Origin: Felis catus
Lineage: Eukaryota
DNA: 64,000 nucleotides
Assembly (NCBI RefSeq): GCF_018350175.1
Contig: NC_058368.1
Coordinates: 209,252,001-209,316,000 of the forward strand
Reading direction: 5' to 3'
Of the stretch, positions 12,801-24,783 are shown piece after piece. Under the pieces are notes generated by a model that worked only from the letters and a program-made list of their open reading frames with translations, ran no database searches and was not told the origin of the DNA. How positions within the stretch are numbered: the stretch's first letter is position 1; every line of letters starts with the position of its first letter. A program made the position numbers and the translations under genes.

Positions 12801-12971
12801 GTATGGTATAATATTCTCACTGTGAAGAATGATTGATAACTAACCTAGATCTGGTTACATCCAGATTTCAGAAAATAAATAGCGTCTGGCTGGCTCAGTT
12901 GGTAGAACCTGTAACTCAAACTCAGGGTTGTGAGTTTTAGCCCCATGTTGGATGTGGACTCTACTTAAAAA

Positions 12972-13002
<31 letters not shown>

Positions 13003-15871
13003 GAAAGAAAACCTCATTCAGGTTATATGCATGTAGAATTTTAATGCTTTTACTTGGACTGAAAGTTTACAGTTTTCTCTTTTTGTTTTTCATAGTGTGT
13101 AGAAGGTACCAAATACCCAATACCTTCTCTATCCAAACTGTCTTCTAAATCCTTTTTTTTTTTAATGCTTATTTATTCTGAGAAAGAGAGAGAGTTGGGG
13201 GAGGGGCAGAGGGAGAGGGAGACAGAGAAACCCAAGCAGGCTCTGTGCCATCTGCATAGAGCCTGATGTGGGGCTCAAACTCATGAACCATGAACCATGA
13301 GATCATGACCCAAGCTGAAATCAAGAGTCAGACGCTTAACCAACTGACCTACCCAGGCACCCCCTGAAACTTTTCTTTAAAGTTTGTCTTTAGATTCTTT
13401 CCTACTAAAAGCAGTTAATTAGTATTCTTAATTAAAAGGACAAAAACTTCTCAAAGGCTTTACAATTTTAAGTGTTTTACTAATTCTAGACTTATTTCCT
13501 CTGCTCTCACATTGTTTTAAATTACTGAAAAAGTTTTGAGCATATATGTTGAAGATTATTAAGAATCTTGTTAAAGAAAGCATTGAAATTTCTAGTTCGA
13601 TTATCATATCAAAAAACAATTTTTTTTTTTTTAGAGAAAGAGCAAGTGAGGGGGAGAGAGAGAGAGAATCTTAAGCAGGCTCCCCACTGAGCACAGAGCC
13701 CATTGTGGGGCTCGATCCCACAACCCTGGGATCATGACCTGAGCTGAAGTCAAGAGTCAGACACTCAACCAACTGAGCTGTGAGCTACCCAGACAACCCT
13801 CAAAATACGATTTAATACAATCTGGATAGATCATTAATTTGACCCTGTGTTTTCATTTGGAATTTTCTTTGCCAAAATAATGCAAGTGCTATTTCTAAAA
13901 ACTGTAGATCAGTTAAGTTAGGAGGAGGATGTTGTTGAAGCAAAGCGGTTATTAAACCAAACTAATCAGAATGGTCATTTATGGGGATACCTGTTTGGCT
14001 CAGTCAGTAGAGCTTGCGACTCTTGATCTCAGGGTTGTGAATTCAAGCCCCACCATAGGCATAGAGCTTACATAAAAAAAAAAAAAAAAAAAAAATACAT
14101 ACATATGTACATACAATAAAGTAAAATAAATTTAAAGAGTCTAGATGTGACTAATAGCAAATGTGAGTATGTATATATGTGTTCTTAATTGCTCTTCCAT
14201 TAGTATTTATTGTCCTTTTTCCTTGTTATAACAATAATTTTATTGTTATTAAGTATTCAGAAATTCTCTGACTTTTAAGAATACTTGTTATCCATATCTT
14301 CATTATACATAATACAGTGTAACCGAATTTCCTCCTCATGTGAGATACCCTGTCCATCCACAATTTAGCTCTCAGCTTACCATCTCTCTCCACAATAAAA
14401 TATCTTTCCAACTGTAATGTTACTTTTTATCACTATACTCTTTGTATATATAGTCTGCAAAAAATAAATTGGTAGCTATAGAATGTTCTATTTTAAGTAA
14501 TTTAGAAATGTTACCACTTTTAATATGTTTAATTCAAGTATGTATTTTTTAGAGATGAGAGGGGAAAGAAAGGGAAGCTCCTTCAGAAATGGGTTCTAAA
14601 TGTACTAAACAGACTCCTAAAATAGTCCTTTATGTGCAACATTAAGAGATGGTGAGTGCGAAGTAACTGTCCTCTACACCTGTACTTTGAAAGATAGAAG
14701 GGAGAAAGGACTGAATTCTTTTTCCCTTTTGCTTTTTGCAGGGGGGGAGCAGGGAGGGAGAAAATATGGAAGCCATAGTTATACAGAAGGACAGTTTGAG
14801 ATCTCTGAAAGGAAAAGCTAGTTTTTTCCTGATTCAAATTGAAAGTAATGGGGATATCAAAAGTTACATTTAATACTGCTTGCTTTGAGAGGTTCCCACC
14901 AACCAAATGAATTAGCGTGTTTGTTTTTAATGCCAAGTCACTTTATAATGTCAAAGAACCACATCTGATAGAGTTAGGGGATTGGAAAGGACTAAAGATG
15001 GTAACCATGGAGATGGATACATGTTTGGGGCTTTCTGACATCTGCCAGCCAGCCAGCCAGAGCACCAGTGATGTATGTTCAAGGAATAGTGAGAAACATA
15101 AACACCATTTTTATTCCCAGGGAGCTCCCATTCCAGTGGGTAGATTTCGTGCATGCAAGTTCAGGGTCTGTGAATACAATAAAAATAGGATAGTATGGTA
15201 GAAATTGCCGGATGAGGACGAGAGTGAGGAGCTGCTCTAGTTAAGATTGGTCAGAGGAGGCCTCACAAATTGTCATAAAAATTGATTCTTAAGTGACACG
15301 GATAGGCAGCTGTTAAAGAACAGAGGAAGGGGTCCAGGCATGGAGCAATGGTCTCTGCAGACGCAATCTATTCGATTCAAGTTTATCATGTTTAGAGTAC
15401 AAAAAAGAAAGCCATTGGCTTGGAGATGGTGAACAAGGGAGCAGGTAGAAGGAGCAGAGGTTGAAGGAGTGGGTGAAGGCATGTGACATAATCGGGTGTT
15501 TGTTTTTAAGAGGTCAATCTAGTTTTGTGGATGATCACATGTAGATTGGCCATATTCAGGTAGAGAAGCGAAGAATGTGAGGAGTAATCAAGAATGTTTT
15601 CCTTAATTTTAGTTTTAGAAGAATCCAAGTTTTAATATACTGAATTAAAGTTTTAAAATAGGATGTAACTTTTTTGGCTATAAACTTAAGTATTTCTTTG
15701 ATGCCTTAAATTGTAGATCTCTTTTATTAGAAATCCTGTAATAATTTTTTCAAGTTTTAAATGGCCTTTTGTGTTCATTTGGTGTATAAAAAATAATGTG
15801 TCATAATTGATATATTTGTATATTGGATCCTTAAGAATTCATATAAATAAAATAAGAGTTTTTCCTCCCAG

Positions 15872-16001
15872 CACAGAAATTTCACTTCAGCAGCGACTAG
15901 AGTACATTGCTCGAGCCATTCTTAGTGCCAAAAGTTCCACTGCCATTTCATCAATAGCCGCAGATGGTGAATTCCTTCATGAATTAGAAGAAAAAATGGA
16001 A
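15872..16001 (+). CDS. NUP155: NUP155 coding exon (9th)
   Basis: tcccag|...|gtaagt; (S)[43 protein letters not shown]. Confidence 0.96.
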
Positions 16002-16164
16002 GTAAGTGCTAAAGATACTTAAGCTTTGTCTGCATTGATCAGTAGCCACATTTATTCTATTTTTCCTGCTTCCTTCCAGTCAATAACAGGTCAGTAGCAG
16101 TTAGCATTATTCTAGTCTCTTCTGCCTACATGTGTTTATTTTCATATTTAGATATAAATATTTT

Positions 16165-16387
16165 ATTTTTTAAAATTTTTTTTTCAACTTTTATTTTATT
16201 TTTGGGACAGAGAGAGACAGAGCATGAACGGGGGAGGGGCAAGAGAGAGGGAGACACAGAATCGGAAACAGGCTCCAGGCTCTGAGCCATCAGCCCAGAG
16301 CCTGACGCGGGGCTCGAACTCCCAGACTGCGAGATCGTGACCTGGCTGAAATCGGACGCTTAACCGACTGCGCCACCCAGGCACCCC
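16165..16387 (-). mobile_element. Young feline-type SINEC copy
   Basis: CpGs retained; perfect 16-bp TSD TAGATATAAATATTTT (16149-16164 / 16388-16403). Confidence 0.92.
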
Positions 16388-17389
16388 TAGATATAAATAT
16401 TTTAAAAGATTTTAAGTCTGTAGCACTTGGGTCACAGCACATTACTGTAATTAAAATTTTTTCTCTGTGGCATTTTTTGAAGGTTTTTTCCAACTGTTCC
16501 AACACCAAGGACATTGTATCACAATTACCATCTATTCTGGAAGCTAATGAGTAGATACATGAAATAGAGTAGGTTAAACTGCCCTAATTAAGAGACCCAG
16601 AAGTGTATAATGGTCCAAATACAAAAGCTTATTCGTCATTCACAAATATCCACAGAGTGGGTGTTCCTGATTGGCCATTGGCTTTCTTCCACTTGATTGA
16701 TTTCAAGACCCTATTTTACAGCTTTATTGTCTCCTATGGTCTTACCTTTTTCTTCTCTCAAAGGGAGTTAGAGAATAAAAAACATGTAAGATGCATATTC
16801 ACTCTCTTAAAGACCTAAACCCTGAAGTGACATACTTTACTTCCACTCACATTCCTTTGAAGAGAACTTAATTTTATGCCGTATCTCCCTGCAGAGGAGT
16901 TGAGAAGTATAATCTAGGTATTATCTGGCTACAGTCATGGGAAGAACGAATGTTAGAGGTAGCATAGGCTCTCTGCCACAGTATACTTCCTTTGAAATCT
17001 TTTATGTTGTGATGAAGAGTTACTGGTCTCTTAGGTCTTTATTTACACATTTTTCTTATTGAGGTGTAATTGACATCTAACATATTACAGATGTGTAATG
17101 TAATGATTCAGTATTTTTAGATATTGGAAAATGATCACCGTATTAAGTCTAGTTAACATTCATCATCATACATAATTACAATTTTTTTTCTTGTGGTAAG
17201 AGCTTTTAAGATCTATTCAACACCTTTCAAATATGCACTATGGTGTTATTAACTATAGTCACTATGCTGTTTTGTATACGTTAGTTTTACTTTAACAAAC
17301 TTAAAGTCAGATACTAGAAATCATTCCTTCAAGTACTTGTTGATTTATCATAAAGAACATAAGACTTGCTTTTTTTAAATCCAAACTAG

Positions 17390-17503
17390 GTTGCTAGGAT
17401 CCAACTTCAGATACAAGAGACACTACAAAGGCAATATTCCCATCATTCTTCTGTACAGGATGCAATTTCTCAGCTGGATTCCGAACTAATGGACATAACT
17501 AAG
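17390..17503 (+). CDS. NUP155: NUP155 coding exon (10th)
   Basis: aactag|...|gtaata; [38 protein letters not shown]. Confidence 0.95.
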
Positions 17504-18228
17504 GTAATAAAAAAGCAAGTTGAATTACTCTAGCAGTCACCTAATATCTACAGATTCCTTGTTTCTTTTGTGTTCTACTCTGTGTTTCATGGGAAAGATT
17601 AATCTATCTCTACAAAATAAGATAAGCCATTCTTGGGAGCATGTTGCTGGGCTGACAAATCACTGCTGTGGTATCTTACTCTTAGGAAGAGTTTACTTGC
17701 TCTTTGCAGGCCGTTTTCTACCAAAAATCTATCAGCCTCACATGGGGCTTTGTTAAAATTCCTGCCATCTATTTTATGGCCTTGTTTCTTGTCTTGGAAA
17801 AGTAATTTATGTTTCCTTGTATCTTCAAGCCTCTCCCACTCGGTATTTCTGAGCAATTCCTTTTTCAATTATTCTTGAACATTTCTCCAAATACTGTGAA
17901 ACACTCTGAGATTTGTCAGTATTTCCAAGATTTTGGAAACCCTAGTTTAGACAACACTAATTATAAAAGAAATATCATTGCAGTATTTCCCTGCCAGCCA
18001 AAGGGGGAAAAAGGCACAGATGTTGAAATCTATTTAAACGTATTTACCGTGCCTTCACCATTCTTAATCGGGGGTTATGACAGCTGTATGTCATCATGTC
18101 TTTATATCATGTATTAGGAACTTTGAATAAAATCCTTGATTACTTTTAATTGTCAAAGAGTGCATCACTGTTAATTTCTGACTGCTGACCTCTGGTTGCA
18201 TGTATAATGATGACATTTTCTCTGACAG

Positions 18229-18349
18229 CTTTATGGGGAATTTGCTGACCCGTTTAAACTTGCAGAGTGTAAGCTTGCAATAATTCATTGTGCTGGTTAT
18301 TCAGACCCTATATTGGTGCAGACACTTTGGCAAGATATCATAGAGAAAG
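18229..18349 (+). CDS. NUP155: NUP155 coding exon (11th)
   Basis: tgacag|...|gtaagt; [40 protein letters not shown]. Confidence 0.96.
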
Positions 18350-18996
18350 GTAAGTGCTCACTTACGGGTATATTAGCATACATTATTTAGTGACTTGGTA
18401 GAGGAATGCAAGCTGCTAGTGGCTCTCCTATATCTAGAGTAGAGGGTGAGTGGAGGGTACGTAGACATGGCAAAGGGTGGTCCTCCAGAGAATGACCTCA
18501 GTTTATACTGGAGAGGGCTCTCAGAGAAAAGGATGTGTCATTTTTGTGGTTGTACTTTTTTTTTTAATGTTTGTTGATTTATTTTGAGAGGGAGGTACAC
18601 GCAAGCTAGGGTGGGGCAGAGAGAGAGGGAGACAGAGAATCTCAAGCAGGCTCCACACAGCCAGCATAGAGTCTGACACAGGGCTCAAACTCAAGAACTG
18701 TAAGATCATGATGTGAGCTGAAGTCAAGAGTCAGACTCACAACTGACTGAGCCAGCCAGCAGCCTCTGTGGTTGTACTTCTTAATAAGGGATTCTGAGAC
18801 ACTTTCCTCAGAATCCTGTAAGGAGCGCCCTGGTAAGACAAGAGTATTTCAAACACTAACAGAAACAGAGTATCTGCTCATTATATTAGAATCATTTCTA
18901 GGGCATTTGTACCTCGAAACAGAATAAAATAGCCAATTTAAACATTTCCCATTAAAAAACAATTTAGGTTTCTAATGGCGTGTCTTTTTCTTGCAG

Positions 18997-19107
18997 AATT
19001 GAATGAAAGTGTGACGTTGAGCTCCCCGGATAGAATGCATGCTCTTAGTCTCAAGGTTGTGCTCCTTGGCAAAATTTATGCTGGCACACCTCGCTTCTTT
19101 CCTTTAG
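18997..19107 (+). CDS. NUP155: NUP155 coding exon (12th)
   Basis: ttgcag|...|gtaagc; (E)[36 protein letters not shown]. Confidence 0.96.
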
Positions 19108-19717
19108 GTAAGCAATAACCTTAAGTGCTATCAGAGGTGTTTTGTTTTCTTTTGATGGTTTTCTTCATTGCAGTGGAGATGCAATGTTCTTCAGAGTCGA
19201 ATTGTTTCTTTGTTGCTGTTTAGCTCAGCAGTTTAATTCTGCCTCTCCAGAAAGACTTCCAAAGATAGCAGAAATTTGTTGATAAATAGATACGAAACTT
19301 TCTTTGACCTTCCAAGTTTATATATCTATCTGGAAATAGTGCTAACAAACTGTTATGATTATATTGTTGGTAACGCTATGCAAGTTCAAGGAGAAAAGAA
19401 AAATGGCTGGTGTTTTTCTGCATGGGCAATCTGTGATTAATTCAACTGCAGTCTGTTATACTGAGGACATATTTTTCTTTAAAATAGCAGATAGTTGTGT
19501 TAAAAATGCAATTTTGAACCCCTTTCTTATCCAAATATACTGACAATAATTGTTATCTATGTAGTGACTCTTAATTATTAGCCATTTGCCAATGTATAAT
19601 GTTTTCTTCAACTGTAAATTAACATAAATACACCCATAACGTAGAATGTTAAGCACCTAGTGTTTTTGAAAAATGTTGAGAACCAGGAAAGTGCTCACAA
19701 CATAACATTAAATTGGG

Positions 19718-19770
19718 TTTTGTTTTTGTTTTTTGTTTTTAGAGAGAGAGTGCACATGAGCAGGGAGAGG

Positions 19771-19810
<40 letters not shown>

Positions 19811-20429
19811 CTTAAGTAGGCTTCATGCTCAGTGCCGAGCCCAGTGCCTGGCTCGATCCCACAATCCTGGGATCATGACCTGAGCTGAAATCAAGAGTCA
19901 AACGCTCAACTGACTGAGCCACCCAGGCACCCCTAAATTGTTTTTTGTTTGTTTGTTTTAATGTTTGTTTATTTTTGACAGAGATTGAGAGACAGAGTGT
20001 GAGCAGGGGAGGGGCACAGAGAGGGGGAGACACAGATTCCGAAGCAGGCTCCAGGCTCCAAGCTGTCAGCACAAACCCCAACACGGGGCTCAAATTCATG
20101 AGCTGTGAGATCATGACCTGAGCCGAAGTCAGCTGCCCAACTGACTCAGCCTCCCAGGCACCCCTGTTTTTTGTTTGTTTGTTTTCTTTGTGGGTTTTTT
20201 TTTTTTTGGTTTTGTTTTTTGTTTTTTTAATGTTTTTATTTATTTTTGAGACAGAGAGAGAGCATGAGCAGGGGAGGGGCAGAGAGAGAGGGAGACACAG
20301 AATCTGAAGCACATTCCAGGCTCTGAGTGGTCAGCACAGAGCCTGATGCGGGACTCGAACTCACAGACTGTGAGATCATGACCTAAGCTGAAGTCGGATG
20401 CTTAACTGACTCGGCCACCCAGGTGCCCC
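19718..20429 (-). mobile_element. Tandem array of three antisense SINECs
   Basis: Heads end at ~19933, ~20164 and ~20429; separated only by T-rich tails. Confidence 0.9.
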
Positions 20430-21469
20430 TTTTTTGTTTTTTTTTTTTTAAATGAGGATAGAGACTTGTTTATAAACCATCTCTGATTTAGGACCTCTTC
20501 CCTGAAGATGTCAAGAAATAAAATCATTATAGTCATGCCATTTTTCTTGTAAGTATAGATTGAAACTGCCATGATATTTCATTAATGAGGAGAATAAAGA
20601 CAAAATTAAAACTTAACAATTTTAATAATTTTAAAAAGGCCACATTATACATAATTTCTTTTGAGGTATTTCTGCTTTGACTTAGATTTTTATTTTTATT
20701 TTACTTTTTTTTAACGTTTATTTGAGAGAGAGTGAGCAAGGGAGGTGCAAAGAGAGAGGGAGACAGAATCCCAAGAAGCCTCCATACTGTCAGCACAGAG
20801 CCCGATGCAGGGTTTGAACTTGTGAATCATGAGACCGTGACTTGACCAAGAGTCAGACAACCAACTGACAAAGACACCCTGGCACCCACTGACTTGGATT
20901 TTTAATTTTTGAGCCCAATAAAGTTTAGGGTAGAAGAGTCCTTTTTCTTTCTTTCTTTCCTTTTTTTTTTTTTTTTTTGGTCCATCTTTCAATGACGAAC
21001 TTCTGAGGGCTTCAAACTAGAAGTTTAGGGCTTTTGAATTTTGATTACCTATGCAAAATTTTTGTATGGTAAATACTAGAGGAGCCGCAGGTTCAGTGGC
21101 AGCCTTTTCGGTGATTCCTCTTGCCCATGGATGTTCACATTGGTCAGTCTCAGATTTTAAGTATCATAAATATGAATGTGAGTGTTACTGTTACAATCTT
21201 ATGACATGACAAGTAGTAAAAAATGAGAATAAGGCCTACTTTTTAGTATCAGGAATTACCAATTCTATAACAACAACAAAATAGTAATTATGTGAGGTGA
21301 AGGACATGTTAACTAACCTTACTGGAGTAAACATTTCACAATATGTATGTGTATCCCATCACATTGTATACCTTAAACTTATACAATGTAATATGGCAGT
21401 TATAGCTCAATAAGCTGAGGGTGGGGAGGGAGTTAACAATTCTAATTTCTGATCTTTTTCCCTCTCCAG

Positions 21470-21606
21470 ATTTTATTGTGCAGTTTTTAGAACAGCAAGT
21501 TTGTACTTTGAACTGGGATGTAGGTTTTGTAATACAGACAATGAATGAAATTGGAGTGCCATTACCTAGACTACTGGAAGTATATGATCACTTGTTCAAG
21601 TCACGG
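21470..21606 (+). CDS. NUP155: NUP155 coding exon (13th)
   Basis: ctccag|...|gtaagg; (D)[45 protein letters not shown]. Confidence 0.96.
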
Positions 21607-23311
21607 GTAAGGAAAATATGAAATAAAATGAAATAATATTTTTTAATTAAAAAAATTATATTTAATGTTTATCTTTAAGAGAGAGGGAGAAGTAGAGTGC
21701 AAGCAAGGGAGGGGCAGAGAGAGAGGGAGACACAGAATCTGAAGCAGGCTCCAGGCTCTGAGCTGTCAGCACAGAGCCCAACACAGGGCTTAAACTCACA
21801 AACTTGGAGATCATGACCTGAGCTGAAATCGGAAACTTAACTGACTGACCCAACCAGTCACCCCTGAAATAATTTTTTTTAAGGTAAATGAACATTTTCT
21901 GGATAAAAGAGGGAGAGCATTTTTATTTATGTCTCATATGATAAAATCGATCAGAAATTTGCTTCATTTGTTGAACATAAATTATCATACTTTAGATTTC
22001 TAAAACCGATAATGAGTTGTTTTGCTTTATATTATAAAAATAAAATATTTCATAATATTAGTAAATATAATTATATTTGCTTTACTCTTGGTGGAATAGG
22101 CTAAACCCATACATTAAGAATTACCATTTAATGGGGCTCCTGGGTGGCTCATTCGGTTAAGCCTCCCACTTTGGCTCAGGTCATGATCTCACAGTTCATG
22201 AGTTCGAGCCCCACATCGGGCTCTGCGCTGATGGCTCAGAGCCTGGAGCCTGCTTCGGATTCTGTTGTCTCCGTCTCTCTCTGCCCCTTCCCCACTTGTG
22301 CTCTGTCTCTCTCTGTCTCTCAAAAATAAATTAAAAAAAAAAAAATTTTTTTTAAGTAAACTGTAACCTTTAAAAAAAAAGAATTACCATTTACTCTAAC
22401 AAAACAAAATAACAGAGTATTTATTCCTTATAACTTCATTTAAAATATACCAAACATCTTCCTCACCACCAGAAAAGAAAACTTTTGTTAACTGTGATGG
22501 TAATACCTGGTAACTAGATTTATGGTGATCATTTCTCTGTATAAACAAATAGGGAATCGTTACAATGTACACCTGAAACTAATAGGTGTCAGTTATACCT
22601 CAGTGTAAATAAAAATCTTTCTTACCACATTGAGCCTTATCAGACTATGTATTTTCTAATTTTTATCCTAAGATAAAAGATCCAAATGAAATCTTGTTGA
22701 CGTATATATCATTCTTTTATGGTAGCACCATCAAAACGTTTATGCAGTGCTTTACAAGGCCCTTGTATATCTCATTTAAGCCCCACAATGAGCCTACGAT
22801 GGAAAATGAGCAAGTAGTAGTATCCCCATTTTCTGCTACATCTGACAAGGGCTCAAGTCACATAGCTAGTAACTGGTAAAACTAGAACTAGAATTAAAAT
22901 TCTTCACTGGTTCACGGGCTCAGTCAGTTGAGTGTCCACCTCTTGGTTTCAGCACGGGCGCCTGGGTGGCTCAGTCAGTTGAGTGTTTCAGCTCAGGTCA
23001 TGATCCCAGGGTCATCGGGCTCTGTGCTGAGTATAGAGCCTGGTTGAGATTTTCTCTTTCTCTCTCTCTGTTCTCTCCCCACCCCTCCTCAAATAAAAAA
23101 ATGAGAAAAACATTTTTTTTAATTAAAAAGATTCTTTACTGGTTTAGTCTTTTATTTACAGTATCAGACTAAGTGTGCATAGGTGTAAAGTAAAAGTGAT
23201 GTCACAGCTATCAAAAAGAGAAACATAAATGATTAAAAAATCAGTTGACCAAAAAGAAAAATCAGTTGACACAGTTTGCTTTATAACTCATGATGTGTAT
23301 TTTCTTTATAG

Positions 23312-23418
23312 GATCCATTCTGGAACAGAATGAAGAAGCCACTGCACCTTTTGGATTGCATACATGTGCTCTTGGCAAGATATGTTGAGAATCCTAGCCA
23401 AGTTTTAAATTGTGAGAG
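23312..23418 (+). CDS. NUP155: NUP155 coding exon (14th)
   Basis: ttatag|...|gtaact; [35 protein letters not shown](R). Confidence 0.96.
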
Positions 23419-24034
23419 GTAACTATAACCGTTTCAAATGTTTCTGATAGGTATCTGTGCAACTAAGTTGGAGAGAATGAAGGAAGATGTGGAGATTAAC
23501 TAGTTGAATGATACCAATTAGCATGTATAAAAGGTTAGGTTAGGGTTTTTACCATTTTTCAAGCCTTGTCCTAAATCCTTTCTATAGGTAAAGTGATATG
23601 AGTTATGAATTACTTCTACACTGCTTCTGTTTTGAATTAGTGACTTAGTGTAGTTCAGTTATGTCTTTGTGATATTATTGGCCATTTCAAGGTATATTTG
23701 TTTGAAAAGACCAAAAAAATGTAAATAATTTCATTTTAGGAGTCATACTTAATTGCTTCTTTCCCGTTATAATAATCTTCCAAAGGAAAATGGTGGTTAT
23801 GTGGTAATTCACCTATCTCCTGCATTTCTTGCTTGTTTTCATTTATTTAACATTTACTTAATCCTATCATCCTTGCTCTTTGTGGGACTATACTAAAATT
23901 AGCAGAAGTTGGAGAGAAGTCTTATGGGAGGAAATGTTTCTTGGGAGAAAAAAAAGCAAACTCCCGTGGGAGAAAGGGGAGAGGAAATGTTTCTGAATGT
24001 ATTGATAGTTGATCAGGTATCTTTTCTTTTACAG

Positions 24035-24173
24035 GAGAAGGTTTACAAATCTGTCCCTGGATGCTATCTGTGGTTATCTGGTTGAGCTTCAGTCTATGAG
24101 CTCATCAGTAGCAGTACAAACCATCACAGGAAATTTTAAATCTCTTCAGGCTAAACTCGAACGGCTTCATTAA
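24035..24173 (+). CDS. NUP155: NUP155 terminal coding exon with TAA stop
   Basis: ttacag|; [45 protein letters not shown], the recalled NUP155 C-terminus. Confidence 0.97.
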
Positions 24174-24212
24174 TATTATAATGTATTTTCATCTATGCAT
24201 TTTGATCTGTAA

Positions 24213-24410
24213 AATAAAAGCTCAGCTGGGTCCAGATATCAGGTGCTGTAAATCTAAGAACAACTTTAATAGAAATGTGGTTTTAAAAGTGGCTACTATC
24301 TACAAACAGTACATTTGCCAGATGAATTATTTTTTACTATTTTGTTTTTTAATAATCAGGTTAAGAAACACCTGAACTAAGATTACCTATGATCTTAACA
24401 CAAGAATAAA
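24213..24410 (+). terminator. NUP155: Candidate NUP155 polyadenylation signals
   Basis: AATAAA at 24213-24218 and 24405-24410; the second has T-rich sequence downstream. Another AATAAA lies at 24806-24811. Which is used cannot be read from sequence. Confidence 0.6.
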
Positions 24411-24560
24411 AAATATTTAGAAACTCTTATTTTTAATTTAATGCAAGCAGAAAATTTGAACTTATGCTATTCATTTTCAAGTTAGTCCAAGGATATGGAT
24501 ACTAAAACTTAAATAGGCTAGCTGAGCAGGTCCCATAATACTGGATTCTACAACAATCCT

Positions 24561-24783
24561 TTTTTTTTTTTTTTTTTAATGTTTATTTTTGAGAGGGAGA
24601 AAGACAGAACATGAGCAGAGGAGGGGCAAAGAGAGAAGGAGACACAGAATCCAAAGCAGGCTCCAGGCTCCAGGCTCCGAGCTGTCAGCACAGAGCCCAA
24701 CACAGGGCTCAAATTCACAAACCACGAGATCATGACCTGAGCTGAAGTCGGACGCTTAACCGACTGAGCCACTCAGGCGCCCC
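24561..24783 (-). mobile_element. SINEC just downstream of, or within an extended, NUP155 3' UTR
   Basis: TSD tacaacaatcct on both sides; internal (caggctc)x3. Confidence 0.9.

Noticed and set aside
14712..14741. Strong acceptor-like sites in NUP155 introns (here and at ~2802)
   Set aside because: No paired strong donor or NUP155-like coding sequence; the protein is already complete without them
24017..24024. GTATCTTT resembling a U12 5' splice site
   Set aside because: It lies within the pyrimidine tract only 10 nt from the last acceptor, with no exon that could use it
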